Assembly: GCA_963741945.1 (NCBI GenBank)
Contig: CAVUKA010000005.1
Coordinates: 352,001-416,000, forward strand
Reading direction: 5' to 3'
Source of the DNA: an uncultured Gemmatimonadales bacterium
GTDB taxonomy: Bacteria > Gemmatimonadota > Gemmatimonadetes > Longimicrobiales > RSA9
DNA: 64,000 nt
In this document: positions 1 through 9,357 of the stretch, piece by piece
Layout: every line of letters starts with the position of its first letter
How positions within the stretch are numbered: position 1 is the stretch's first letter
The notes under the pieces: model-generated
What the model was told of the DNA's origin: nothing
Databases searched by the model: none
The model's input: only the letters and a program-made list of their open reading frames with translations
Made by a program: the position numbers and the translations under genes

Positions 1-459
1 TGTGGCGTGACCATGGCCGAGCTCGCCTTCCAACCCGTCACGCCGAGCCACGCGGCCACGGTTATGGCCAGGAGGACCATGAGCCGTTGCCTTGACGGAG
101 GCCACATCGAACGCGCCGATGGCCTCCTTCTGGACGCTCGCCCGGAGCTGGAGGAAGTCGAGGGCGAAGAGCCCGGACCCCACCAGCAGCGCGAAGCCGA
201 TGGCGAAGGAGAGGGCGGCGAGGGAGCGAAGCGTGCGGCGGTGGTGCAACACGGCGGCGGTGATGGTGGCGAGGGCGAGGCCCGCCACGGGGAGGATGAG
301 GAAGTTGGCGATGAGGCCGAAGGCGCCGAAGCGCCAGCCGGTATCGGCCGCGCGGAGCGGCCAGACGCGGGTGGACAGGTCCATGAGCGGAACGATCACG
401 AGGATCGCGGCGACCGGGTACATGGACCGCATGACGGTCTTCACGGGATCTCGGCTCAT
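1..459 (-). CDS. Hypothetical membrane protein downstream of epsI; runs off the window start; apparent +1 frameshift near 84-85
   Basis: Not in the ORF track. ATG at 459 has an AGGAG RBS. Translation MSRDPVKTVMRSMYPVAAILVIVPLMDLSTRVWPLRAADTGWRFGAFGLIANFLILP... gives three hydrophobic segments; a fourth (LMVLLAITVAAWLGVTGWK) continues in a shifted frame after ~85. Confidence 0.7.
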   Translation of the reverse strand, partial: MSRDPVKTVMRSMYPVAAILVIVPLMDLSTRVWPLRAADTGWRFGAFGLIANFLILPVAGLALATITAAVLHHRRTLRSLAALSFAIGFALLVGSGLFALDFLQLRASVQKEAIGAFDVASVKATAHGPPGHNRGRVARRDGLEGELGHGHAT

Positions 460-469
460 CGGCTGCTCC

Positions 470-1153
470 TCACGCCGGCAGCGCCTGCCACAGGGCCGGG
501 ATGACGGCCTGTGCGGCGGCGATTGCGCGGTCGAGCGCTTGCCGGGTGGTGGTTTCCACCGGCACGACGATGCGCACGAGCGCTTCGTCACTCCGGCCTC
601 TCAACGCGGTGTCGCGCAGCAGGTCGAGCTTCACGCGGTACTCGTTGGAGGCCACGCGTCCTCGCCCCTGGTACCAGTAGAGCACCATGGCTTCCTCGTC
701 CTCGCGCTGGATGAGGTAGCGGTTGACGATGACGGTGTCGCCGCCGACGGCCACCGGCTGGTCCGCGGACGTCAGCGCTTCCCACCCCGCGCCGGGGAGG
801 CAGTTCCTGGGCGAGTGGATCGTCGTCCCCCGCTCCTGCCGCTCATAGTATCCCACGTAGAGGGAGAACGGGAGCGCCGCCGCGGCCGTGTCCGGCTCGG
901 CCGCTGGTTCGTCCGCCTCCGCGGACGCGGCGGGACGGAAGATCCGGAACAGGTAGTCGGAAACGCCGGCCACCTTCAGCTCTTCCGGCGAGATCTGCTC
1001 GTCCGTTCCCACGTAGCCGTCGATCCGGACGGGGACGGCGTCGGCGAGGTCGTCGCGGAGCGGGAGCGCCCGCTGCGTGTCGACGCCCACGGTCATTGCC
1101 GCGCCCACCAGCAGGACCGCGGCGGGGAACCAGAGCGCGAGGCGGCGGCTCAC
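470..1153 (-). CDS. epsI: EpsI family exosortase-associated periplasmic protein
   Basis: LYVGYY..Q..G.TIHSPRNCLPGAGW, VLYWYQGRGR and GRSDEALVRI motifs typical of EpsI; overlaps the exosortase stop codon. Confidence 0.88.
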   Translation of the reverse strand: MSRRLALWFPAAVLLVGAAMTVGVDTQRALPLRDDLADAVPVRIDGYVGTDEQISPEELKVAGVSDYLFRIFRPAASAEADEPAAEPDTAAAALPFSLYVGYYERQERGTTIHSPRNCLPGAGWEALTSADQPVAVGGDTVIVNRYLIQREDEEAMVLYWYQGRGRVASNEYRVKLDLLRDTALRGRSDEALVRIVVPVETTTRQALDRAIAAAQAVIPALWQALPA

Positions 1154-2088
1154 GGCTCCCTCCCGGCGGGCGCCTCATGGGGGCCGGCGCCGCGCGCCGA
1201 CCGGTGGAACGCGTCCTCCACGGCGGTGATGGCCCAGGCGAACACGCCCAGGATGGCGAACGCAACCACGAAGATGACCCAGCCTTCGGTGTAGTGCATG
1301 AGGCCGCGTCCCAGCTCGGGGCTCACGTAATAGACCAGGAACCCGGTCAGGAATACGCGGATCCCGTTCAGGAACACGGCCACGGGGATGGCCAGCGCGA
1401 TCAGCAGCACGCGCGAGATCGGCTTTCGGAGCCAGAGCCCCCCGATGAGGACGCCGAGCGCCAGCAGCGCGGTCAGTGATCGCAGGCCGCTGCACGCTTC
1501 CGTCACGAACAGGCTCTGCCCCGGCATGTGGATCACGTTCCCCTGGAGCAGGACCGGCACGTGGCGCCACTTCAGCAGCGCGCTCCCCATCTGCGATGCC
1601 TTGAACTGGAGCGGGAGGGCCAGCGTGCCCGTGACCACCGCGGGGATCGGGATGGAGAGGACGAGCAGCGCGGCCGGGAGCCACCAATGTATCACCTGAC
1701 GATAGCCCCGGAGGTAGATCACCAGGGCGACCAGCCCGAGCAGGAGGGAGAAGCGCATGGTGAACAGCTCGGCCGCCAGCCCCGAGGCGTAACGGAGGAG
1801 GACGGCGGAGAGCAGGATCGCGCCGCCGAGCACGCGCTGTGGCCGCGCCTGCACCAGCCCCCGCCGCCACATGAGCCACACGGCCAGCGGGCCGAGCAGG
1901 AGACCGTGCTGGGCTTCCGGGTCGTTCCACCAGTCGCGCAGGAGTGTGCGGAAGGGCTCGGCGTAGAGGACGGCGAAGGCAACCGCCGCGACGACCACCG
2001 GGACGGCGACACGCCAGTCGGGGCGCTGCGCCCACGCTCTCGCCCGTTCGACCGGCGAGGCGAGGACCTCCGTTACGGCCTGGCTCAC
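1150..2088 (-). CDS. Exosortase (EpsH/Xrt family transpeptidase)
   Basis: Multi-pass membrane protein with catalytic Cys in VTEACSGLRSL, Arg in NGIRV and His in LMHYTEG. Start set at GTG 2088 with GGAGGGAG RBS; the ORF-track N-terminal extension is rejected. Confidence 0.92.
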   Translation of the reverse strand: MSQAVTEVLASPVERARAWAQRPDWRVAVPVVVAAVAFAVLYAEPFRTLLRDWWNDPEAQHGLLLGPLAVWLMWRRGLVQARPQRVLGGAILLSAVLLRYASGLAAELFTMRFSLLLGLVALVIYLRGYRQVIHWWLPAALLVLSIPIPAVVTGTLALPLQFKASQMGSALLKWRHVPVLLQGNVIHMPGQSLFVTEACSGLRSLTALLALGVLIGGLWLRKPISRVLLIALAIPVAVFLNGIRVFLTGFLVYYVSPELGRGLMHYTEGWVIFVVAFAILGVFAWAITAVEDAFHRSARGAGPHEAPAGREP

Positions 2089-2244
2089 CGGGCTCCCTCC
2101 CTCCCGACGGGCACGGACAGGGTCTTCAGCATGATCTGCAGGTCGTGGGTTACGAAGGCGAGATCCGTCCCGGGGCGACAGTGCGCCTTCCCGGGTCACA
2201 TACAGTAAAACAATCCGGGCGGATCGTCCAACCGTCACCGCCAT

Positions 2245-2260
2245 GGCAAGCTCCACGCCG
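2245..2260 (-). promoter_or_regulatory. Candidate sigma54 (-24/-12) promoter for the exosortase operon
   Basis: Minus strand CGGCGT-GGAGC-TTGCC with GG-N10-GC spacing, ~160 nt upstream of the start. Confidence 0.4.
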
Positions 2261-2501
2261 GAGCCGCCCGGCAGGCCGGCCTCGGAGCCGACGTCCAGCG
2301 CCGCTACACTGGATGTAGCGGGGCGGAACGGGGCAGGTTCGGCCGTACGCGTTCGCACGACCAGACCGGAGTCCCGCTCCGGCGCGGTCCTGGGCAGGCG
2401 CTGAGGCCCGGTAGGGGCGGGGTGGTGCGCGTGGGAGAGCCGGGTTATCGTTTCTGTCCGGCTTCCGCCGCGGGGGTCGTGAGCGGGGCGCGCACGCGCA
2501 G

Positions 2502-2517
2502 CGGCATCGCAGTTGCA
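2502..2517 (+). promoter_or_regulatory. Candidate sigma54 (-24/-12) promoter for wzc-wza
   Basis: CGGCAT-CGCAG-TTGCA, close to consensus TGGCAC-N5-TTGCW, ~70 nt upstream of ATG 2588. Confidence 0.6.
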
Positions 2518-2587
2518 TGTGGCTCGAGGTTCTGGAACGCTCCTCCTCTCCCCCCATTGGATTCGTCCACGAAAGCAGCACGCAGTC

Positions 2588-4984
2588 ATGGCAGATAACC
2601 GACCTCCCGAGAAATCGGTGGAGCTGGCGCGGAAGCACGAGGCTCCGGCCCCACGAGCCGCTGCCGAGCTGGGGCCGCCCGGATACTCTCCGGACGAAGA
2701 GGAAGAGGGCGGGGTCAGTCTCAAGCGGATGATGGCCGCGGTGCTGCGGTACAAGTGGGCCATCATCGCGGTGACGGTGCTCGGCACCGTGGGCGGCGCG
2801 ATTGCTGGCCGGTACGTGGATCCGGAATACGCGGCGCAGGCCACGATCTGGATCGAGACGTCGGACCGGTCGGATCGCGCGGACGCGGGCCCGATCCGGT
2901 CCAACGAGCTGCTCTCTTCCTCGGCGTGGATCGACCTGCTCCGCTCGTTCGTCGTTCTCGATTACGTGGTCCGCGAGCAGAAGCTGTATCTCCACCCCAG
3001 GCCGCTCTCCGATTCCTCGTACCTGGCCGGCTTCGACCTGAAGGACCGATTCGCGCCGGGCGACTTCAGCCTGGAAGTGGACCCGAGCGCGCGGCAGTAC
3101 GTGCTCGAGCGGGATGGCGCCCGGGTCGAGTCAGGGGCGTTCGGCGACTCGGTGGGCGCGCAGCTGGGCTTCGCATGGCAGCCGAACCTCGCGCAGTTCC
3201 CGCCGGACCGACCCGTGGAGTTCCGCGTTTCGGTGCCGCGGGAAGAGTCGCTGAGGCTGGGGCGTGAGCTGCGCACCACGCTGGACAAGATGGGCAACTT
3301 CCTCCGCCTGGAGCTTCAGGGGGCGGATCCGGTCAAGACCGCGGCCACGCTGAACGCGCTCACGGACCGCTACATCGAGGTGGCGGGGCAGCTGAAGCGT
3401 GCGAAGCAGGACGAGCTGGTGAAGATCCTGGACGAGCAGCTGGACGACGCGCAGCAGTCGCTGAAGGATTCGGAATCGTCGCTGGAGAGCTTCAAGATCC
3501 ACACGGTCACGCTGCCCTCGGAGCCGTCGACGCCGATCACGCCAGGGATCGCCATGACCCAGGGCCCGGTGTTCCAGAACTTCTTCTCGATGCGGGTGCA
3601 GGCGGAGCAGCTGCGGCGGGACCGTGACGCGATCCGGCGGGCGTTGAGCGACCCCAAGGGCGTCGAGCCGGAGGCGTTCCAGTCGATCGGGTCGGTGCAG
3701 CAGTCCGCCCAGCTGTCGGGGGCGCTGAACGAGCTCAACAAGAAGCGCGCGGACCTGCGGGCGCTGCAGTACCAGTACACGGAGGAGTATCCGCCGCTGC
3801 GTCAGCTCGCCGGCGAGATCCGCACGCTGGAGGAGACCACGATCCCAAGGCTGGCCCGGACGCTCATGTCCGAGCTGGACGCGCGGCAGAATGAGATCCA
3901 GAAGAACCTCGACTCCGCGTCGGGGGAGCTGCGCCAGGTGCCGCCGCGCACCATCGAGGAGGCGAGGCTGCAGCGGCAGGTGGACATCGCCACCAACCTG
4001 TACACCACGCTGCAGTCGCGCTACGAGGCGGCCCGGCTGGCGGCCGCCAGCAGCATCCCCGACGTCCGCGTGCTGGACGAGGCGACCGTGCCGCGGCGCC
4101 CGGTGAAGGAGCAGGGAATCCAGCTGATCCTCATGGCGTTCGGCCTGAGCCTCGGGCTCGGTGTGGGCGGTGCGATCCTGCGCGACCGCCTCGACCCACG
4201 GGTGCGCTACGCGGACCAAGTCACGCGCGAGATGGGACTCTCGATCCTGGGGAGCATCCCCAACCTGCGGAAGAAGCGGACCGAAACGGTTCACACCGAC
4301 GAAGTACTCGAATCGTTCCGCACCATCCGCCTGAGCGTCATCAACGCGTACGGCGCCGCCGGCCCGCTCACCCTCACCATCTCCAGCCCCGGGCCGGGAG
4401 ACGGGAAGTCCTTCGTCGCCTCGAACCTGGCGCTGTCGTTCTCGGAGCTGGGCTATCGCACGCTGCTGGTGGACGGCGACATCCGCCGCGGCACCCTCCA
4501 CCGCATCCTCGACACGGAGCGCAAACCCGGGCTGACGGACTTCCTGGATGGCGACATCGAGGAGGATCAGCTCATCCGGCACACGCGCTTCGAGCGGCTC
4601 CACCTCATCACATCCGGCGCCCGGGTCCGGCACGGCCCCGAGCTGCTCAGCTCGCCAGCCATGCGCGAGCTGCTGCTGGGAATGCGCTCGCAGTACGACG
4701 CGATCCTCGTGGACAGCCCGCCACTCGGCGCCGGCGTGGACCCGTTCGCCCTCGGCACCCTCACCGGCAACATGCTGGTGGTGGTGCGCAGCGGGACCAC
4801 GAACCGCGAGATGGCGGAAAGCAAGCTCGACCTGCTGGAGCGGCTGCCGATCCGGCTGCTCGGGGCGGTGTTCAACGGGGTCCCGCCATCGTCCGCCTAC
4901 GGGTATTATCGCTACGTCGCGGGCTACGCCGCCCGCGACGAGGACGAGCTGCACGAACCGGCACAGCTGGAGACGCCAGCATGA
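2588..4984 (+). CDS. wzc: Polysaccharide chain-length regulator / BY-kinase (Wzc-like)
   Basis: Two TM helices flanking a coiled-coil domain; Walker A SSPGPGDGKS, A' LVDGDIRRG, B LVDSPP; C-terminal Tyr cluster YGYYRY. Confidence 0.92.
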   Translation: MADNRPPEKSVELARKHEAPAPRAAAELGPPGYSPDEEEEGGVSLKRMMAAVLRYKWAIIAVTVLGTVGGAIAGRYVDPEYAAQATIWIETSDRSDRADAGPIRSNELLSSSAWIDLLRSFVVLDYVVREQKLYLHPRPLSDSSYLAGFDLKDRFAPGDFSLEVDPSARQYVLERDGARVESGAFGDSVGAQLGFAWQPNLAQFPPDRPVEFRVSVPREESLRLGRELRTTLDKMGNFLRLELQGADPVKTAATLNALTDRYIEVAGQLKRAKQDELVKILDEQLDDAQQSLKDSESSLESFKIHTVTLPSEPSTPITPGIAMTQGPVFQNFFSMRVQAEQLRRDRDAIRRALSDPKGVEPEAFQSIGSVQQSAQLSGALNELNKKRADLRALQYQYTEEYPPLRQLAGEIRTLEETTIPRLARTLMSELDARQNEIQKNLDSASGELRQVPPRTIEEARLQRQVDIATNLYTTLQSRYEAARLAAASSIPDVRVLDEATVPRRPVKEQGIQLILMAFGLSLGLGVGGAILRDRLDPRVRYADQVTREMGLSILGSIPNLRKKRTETVHTDEVLESFRTIRLSVINAYGAAGPLTLTISSPGPGDGKSFVASNLALSFSELGYRTLLVDGDIRRGTLHRILDTERKPGLTDFLDGDIEEDQLIRHTRFERLHLITSGARVRHGPELLSSPAMRELLLGMRSQYDAILVDSPPLGAGVDPFALGTLTGNMLVVVRSGTTNREMAESKLDLLERLPIRLLGAVFNGVPPSSAYGYYRYVAGYAARDEDELHEPAQLETPA

Positions 4985-5775
4985 GACGGATAGATCACTT
5001 CCTGGGATGGACCCTCCTCGTGGCGGGCCTGTGCCTCGCCGCGGCGGCCCCGGCGCGGGCGCAGAGCGGGATCCGGTGGGACCCCCGCACCACGGAGATG
5101 ACGCGGTCGCAGCTGAACGAGATCGTGCAGCGGCTCGATGAGGCCGCCGCATCCCCCGGCTACAGCTCGAAAGTGCGGGAGCAGGCGCAGCGGGAGGCCG
5201 AGTTCATCCGCAGCCGTCTGCAGACGGGCGACTTCCAGATCGGCGACCGGGTGGTGCTCTGGGTTCAGGGGCAGCCCCAGCTGAGCGACACCCTCGCCGT
5301 CCAGCCCGGCCGGGTCCTCGTGCTGCCGGACATCGGAGAAGTGTCGCTGGCCGGCGTGCTCCGCTCCGAGCTGCAGTCGCACCTGGAGCAGCAGATCGCA
5401 CGGTACGTCAAGGACCCGAGCGTACGCGCCCACAGCCTGATCCGACTGGCCGTGCTCGGGCAGGTGGGGCAGCAGGGGTTCTACACCATTCCGGCCGACG
5501 CCATGGTGCAGGACGCCCTCATGACGGCCGGCGGCCCCGCGGGCGACGCCGACCTCGACCACGTCGAGATCCGCCGCGGCGACCGCGTGGTCTGGACAGG
5601 CGACGCGCTGCAGCAGGCCATCACGGCGGGGCGCACGCTCGACCAGCTGAACCTGCAGGCTGGCGACCGGATCATGGTGCCGAAGGAGAGCCACGGCGGC
5701 TTCTTCTCGTTCGGGACGCTGAGGAGCATGCTCCTCCTCATCCCGCCGCTGGTCTATCTGATCACGCGGCTTTAG
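4981..5775 (+). CDS. wza: Polysaccharide export protein (Poly_export + SLBB, Wza/OPX-like)
   Basis: FQIGDRVVL...LVLPDIGEVSLAG (Poly_export); VLGQVGQQGFY...ALMTAGG and LQAGDRIMVP (SLBB); ATGA overlap with wzc. Confidence 0.85.
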   Translation: MRRIDHFLGWTLLVAGLCLAAAAPARAQSGIRWDPRTTEMTRSQLNEIVQRLDEAAASPGYSSKVREQAQREAEFIRSRLQTGDFQIGDRVVLWVQGQPQLSDTLAVQPGRVLVLPDIGEVSLAGVLRSELQSHLEQQIARYVKDPSVRAHSLIRLAVLGQVGQQGFYTIPADAMVQDALMTAGGPAGDADLDHVEIRRGDRVVWTGDALQQAITAGRTLDQLNLQAGDRIMVPKESHGGFFSFGTLRSMLLLIPPLVYLITRL

Positions 5776-5782
5776 CCCCGGC

Positions 5783-6496
5783 TCACCAGAAGCTCCAGCT
5801 GCCGGTCCACAGCACGTAGGCGCCCAGCAGCCCGTTCGTGACCGCGTGGGCGAGGATGGTCACGCGCAGGCTCTCGGTGCGGCGGTACAGCTCGCCGTAC
5901 GCCAGCCCGGCCAGCAGCCCCGCGAACCAGAGCCGGTGCTCCAGGGCGAACACCGCCGAAGTGATCAGCAGCGCCTTCCACCCCACCGTGCGCGGCCGCA
6001 CGTCCAGGAAGCGCGGCCGCTCCAGCCAGCGCATGAGGAACGCGCGCCAGAACAGCTCCTCGATGACAGGCACCACCAGCGTGGCGCCAGCCAGGCGGGC
6101 CGCCGCGAGCCCCGGGTGTATCGCGCCGCCCACGCGCGGGTCGAAGCCGCTCGCCTCGCCGAACACGAGCGGCGGGAAGTCGAGGAGGATCCAGGCGACG
6201 AGCACCCCCACGCCCACCGCCACGCCGGCCGCCCACCCCCGCACCCCCGCGGCCCGGGGGCCCCAGACGCCCGGCAGCGCCGCATAGACGGGCCAGAGCG
6301 CCAGCAGGAGCGCGGCGGTGAGGGCGGAGCGGATGGCATAGAGCCAGCGAGGGTCGAGCGCCGGCGCCACCACGCCGGCCACGTACGGCTCGATGCCCAG
6401 GAGTACGACGAAAAGGGCGAACGGGGCGACGAACGGCCATGCCGGGGGACGGGGCGACGTCGCCTGCGCGGGATCGGGCACTGGCACCTCAGCCAA
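5783..6496 (-). CDS. CAAX prenyl protease-related (CPBP) intramembrane glutamic endopeptidase
   Basis: VVPVIEELFWRAFLMR (EExxxR), FALEH (FxxxH) and AHAVTN (HxxxN) motifs; resembles the exosortase-associated CAAX subfamily. Confidence 0.88.
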   Translation of the reverse strand: MAEVPVPDPAQATSPRPPAWPFVAPFALFVVLLGIEPYVAGVVAPALDPRWLYAIRSALTAALLLALWPVYAALPGVWGPRAAGVRGWAAGVAVGVGVLVAWILLDFPPLVFGEASGFDPRVGGAIHPGLAAARLAGATLVVPVIEELFWRAFLMRWLERPRFLDVRPRTVGWKALLITSAVFALEHRLWFAGLLAGLAYGELYRRTESLRVTILAHAVTNGLLGAYVLWTGSWSFW

Positions 6497-7310
6497 GGTT
6501 TCGCAGGAATTCGATCACGGCCGGAGACACCACTTCCGGGAACTCGGCGTGCGGATAATGCCCGGCCCCGGGCACCAGCAGCACCTCGGCCTCGAGCCGG
6601 TCGGCCACGATCTCCGCTTCGGCCGCGGGATCCGGGAAGTCCGGGTCCTCCTCGCCCATGACCACGAGCGCCGGCACACCCACTTCGTCCAGCCGGGCGT
6701 CCACGGGGGCGTGGGAAGTCCGGGTGGTGGCCGCGAACGCCGCGGCCTTCCCCGGCTCCCGGAGCATGCGCGCGATGCGCTGCCGGTGCGCTTGGAAGTC
6801 CGGCGGCTTCCGGCCCGGGAAGAGGCGGGGATACCAGGCGAGCCAGGCCGCGCGGGCCCACGGCCGCATCATGGCCACGCGGAACATCAGCTCCATGGCC
6901 CGGCCCACCGGGACCTGCCGGACGAAGGGGCCGATGAGCACCAGCCCCCTCACCCTTTCCGGCGCCTCCGTGGCGGCCCACGCGGCCGCGCCAGCGCCCA
7001 TGGAGTTCCCGATCAGCACGGCGCTCCCGCCGAGCGCCTCCAGCAGCGCCACCACGTCGGAGCCGGCGGCCACGTCGTCGTAGGACGAGAAGGTGGCGTC
7101 GCTCTCGCCGTGGCCGCGCAGGTCCATGGTGGCCACGCGAAAGCCCGCGCCCACCAGGTCGGGCGCGAGGAACCGGAACGACGCGCGGATCTCGCCCATC
7201 CCCGGGACGCAGACCACGAGCGGGCCCTCGCCCACGGTGTCGTAGGCGATGCGGCCTCCGGGCCGCTGCAGGAACAGGGGATCTGTCTGGCGGCTTTCCG
7301 GTGGGTTCAT
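6489..7310 (-). CDS. Alpha/beta fold hydrolase
   Basis: DLRGHGES, nucleophile elbow GNSMG, acid in GEEDPD, His in GAGHYPH. Confidence 0.92.
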   Translation of the reverse strand: MNPPESRQTDPLFLQRPGGRIAYDTVGEGPLVVCVPGMGEIRASFRFLAPDLVGAGFRVATMDLRGHGESDATFSSYDDVAAGSDVVALLEALGGSAVLIGNSMGAGAAAWAATEAPERVRGLVLIGPFVRQVPVGRAMELMFRVAMMRPWARAAWLAWYPRLFPGRKPPDFQAHRQRIARMLREPGKAAAFAATTRTSHAPVDARLDEVGVPALVVMGEEDPDFPDPAAEAEIVADRLEAEVLLVPGAGHYPHAEFPEVVSPAVIEFLRNLG

Positions 7311-7587
7311 GTGACAGATGGTCTCTTTTGGCTCTTGATCTGCGCAATGGTGACGGGTATCGTCAAGATTCAGTCTAAGGGTGCAGTCAACGTACGCGCA
7401 TCATGCGGCCATGCCGACGATCGGCGTGGCGGGCTTTGGGTCGCATTTTCGGGGGCCGTGGTCTGGATTGCGGCCTAGCACCTCAGTCTCGCGGCGCTCC
7501 CCTCCTGCGCAGTACGGACCACCACGAATATCCTTTCTCCATGCGGATGAGTTGAGCCCACCAAGCGCCACGAGCGCACACCCGGCG

Positions 7588-8748
7588 GTGATCGGACGGG
7601 GTGGGAACCGGAAGGCTCGCTTCCTGTTCGTGGACGGCATGAGGGGCGTCGCCGCGCTGCTGGTGGTCCTGTATCACTTTGTCGATACCCTGGCGGGCCC
7701 TCTCCGCAGCGGTGTCACCAGCCCGCTGGTCTGGGTGTCCAGCCACGGCAATCTCGGTGTCGACATCTTCTTTGTGCTCAGCGGGTTCGTCATCGCCCAC
7801 AGCGTGGTGGGGGGCCGTTATACCTGGAAGTACTTCGGGCGCTATGCGTCGAGGCGCATCGTGCGGCTCGATCCACCCCTCTGGGTGACGATTGCGCTCG
7901 AGCTGCTGCTCGTCCGGGCAGGTCTCGCTCTGTATCCCGAACTGGCTTCGCACATGCCGACGGGTCGCGAAGTCCTGAGTAACATGACGTATACGCAACG
8001 GTTCCTCGGATACGGTGAAGTGGTGCCCGTATTCTGGAGCCTGACGTACGAAGTCCAGTTCTATATCATCACCGTTCTTGCATGCGTGGCCGCCGCGAAA
8101 GTGGAAGGCCGATCCGCCATCGCGCGATCCGCGCGAATGGTGCCCCTGCTAAACGTGGCCTTCGGGGTCGCCTTCATATATTCGGTCCTCATTTGGGTTG
8201 GAGTCTTCCCTTTGCCAGTCCGAGGGCTTTTTGTCGATCGTTGGTTCCAATTTGCGCTCGGTATCACTGCTTGGATGGTGGTTCAAAGGAGGACGCCCCT
8301 CAGGCGCTGGGCGTTTCTCGCGACGTTAGCCGTGTTGGCAGGTCTGCTGATCGCCCCAAATGCCTATCGATGCCAGACAACATGTGTCGCAGCCTTGACC
8401 AGCGGCGCCCTGGTGTGGGTTGGCATGCGCGGGGAGATGCATGCACACCTTTCCGGCCGTACGCTTCAGTTCCTCGGCAAAGTATCATACAGCCTGTACC
8501 TCATTCATCTCGTCATCGGCGCCCGGTTTCTGAAGGTGGCCATGCGCGTGACGGGGCCTGACATTGGCACTGCCACTGCCCTGGTCCTGCTCGCCGCGTC
8601 GGTGACGGTCAGCGTCTTCGCCGCCTGGGTTCTGAATGTAGCCGTAGAGCGACCCTCGATGACCTTCGCCCGGCGCATTCGGCTTCCCAAGCGCGATCGG
8701 GCCACGGTTCCTGCCAGCACGCCCACAGCGGTAAAGCCGACCCCGTAA
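7588..8748 (+). CDS. Acyltransferase family 3 (OafA/OatA-like membrane O-acyltransferase); start uncertain (TTG 7552 possible)
   Basis: DGMRGVAALLVVLYH, GVDIFFVLSGFVI, RRIVRL, FWSLTYEVQFY and LGKVSYSLYLIH motifs. Confidence 0.9.
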   Translation: MIGRGGNRKARFLFVDGMRGVAALLVVLYHFVDTLAGPLRSGVTSPLVWVSSHGNLGVDIFFVLSGFVIAHSVVGGRYTWKYFGRYASRRIVRLDPPLWVTIALELLLVRAGLALYPELASHMPTGREVLSNMTYTQRFLGYGEVVPVFWSLTYEVQFYIITVLACVAAAKVEGRSAIARSARMVPLLNVAFGVAFIYSVLIWVGVFPLPVRGLFVDRWFQFALGITAWMVVQRRTPLRRWAFLATLAVLAGLLIAPNAYRCQTTCVAALTSGALVWVGMRGEMHAHLSGRTLQFLGKVSYSLYLIHLVIGARFLKVAMRVTGPDIGTATALVLLAASVTVSVFAAWVLNVAVERPSMTFARRIRLPKRDRATVPASTPTAVKPTP

Positions 8749-9357
8749 CCACGCGGAGTCAGCCGAGGTTGACCTCGGACCGCCTCGATCCGCCGACGTG
8801 CCGAACATCCGCGGCAATAGCCGCGCGCCGTCTCTTGGATGGGACCGCCGAAGCGGCAGACGTCCTCGAGGCGATGGGGAGATATGGGCCCCGCGTGCAG
8901 CCCCCTCGACGTCCTCCTCGACCTCGAACGGGGCACGCCGCGACATCCACGGCCAGCCGGCCGAGGGAGAAGCGACAGCACTCGGGCACGCACGCCTCCG
9001 GATCCCGCGGCGTTCGTAGTCCGGCGGTGCGTGACCGTTTCTACCTTGAGCAGCACCGCCTCACCAGACAACCGCTCTGGCCACAGACACCCGCGGAGCA
9101 CCTATAAATCGCGGAGCATGCCGCGGGCGGCAAGCTCCAGGGCATGGTCACATCAGGCCGCTAACGCCGGCCCGGCACAACGCCGTGGCTTACCTGGCGA
9201 GCGCTCGCCGTCCGCGAAGTCTCCCGGCCCGGAAGCCTGCGCGCCCACCGTCCTTTCTTAGCTTCGTGCCCCCGTGGCTTCGTGTGAAAGCCCGGCTGCC
9301 GGTCATGCTGCCCTTCTTCAGCCGCTCTTCAACCCGTCGGCGCCGTCCCGCCCCGGG

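Noticed and set aside
2089-2904. Long N-terminal extensions in the ORF track (exosortase; also mtgA, GT9, DUF3108, lpxL)
   Set aside because: They overlap neighbouring genes or promoters. RBS position, start/stop overlaps and family motifs indicate downstream starts.
7311-7366. Operator pair upstream of the alpha/beta hydrolase (GTGACAGATGGTCTC; TGACG-N5-CGTCA)
   Set aside because: Arms are short, spacings differ and no cognate regulator is adjacent, so support is too weak.
8750-9350. Coding gene or IS remnant after the acyltransferase
   Set aside because: The short ORFs show no motifs, and I saw no terminal inverted repeats or transposase signature.
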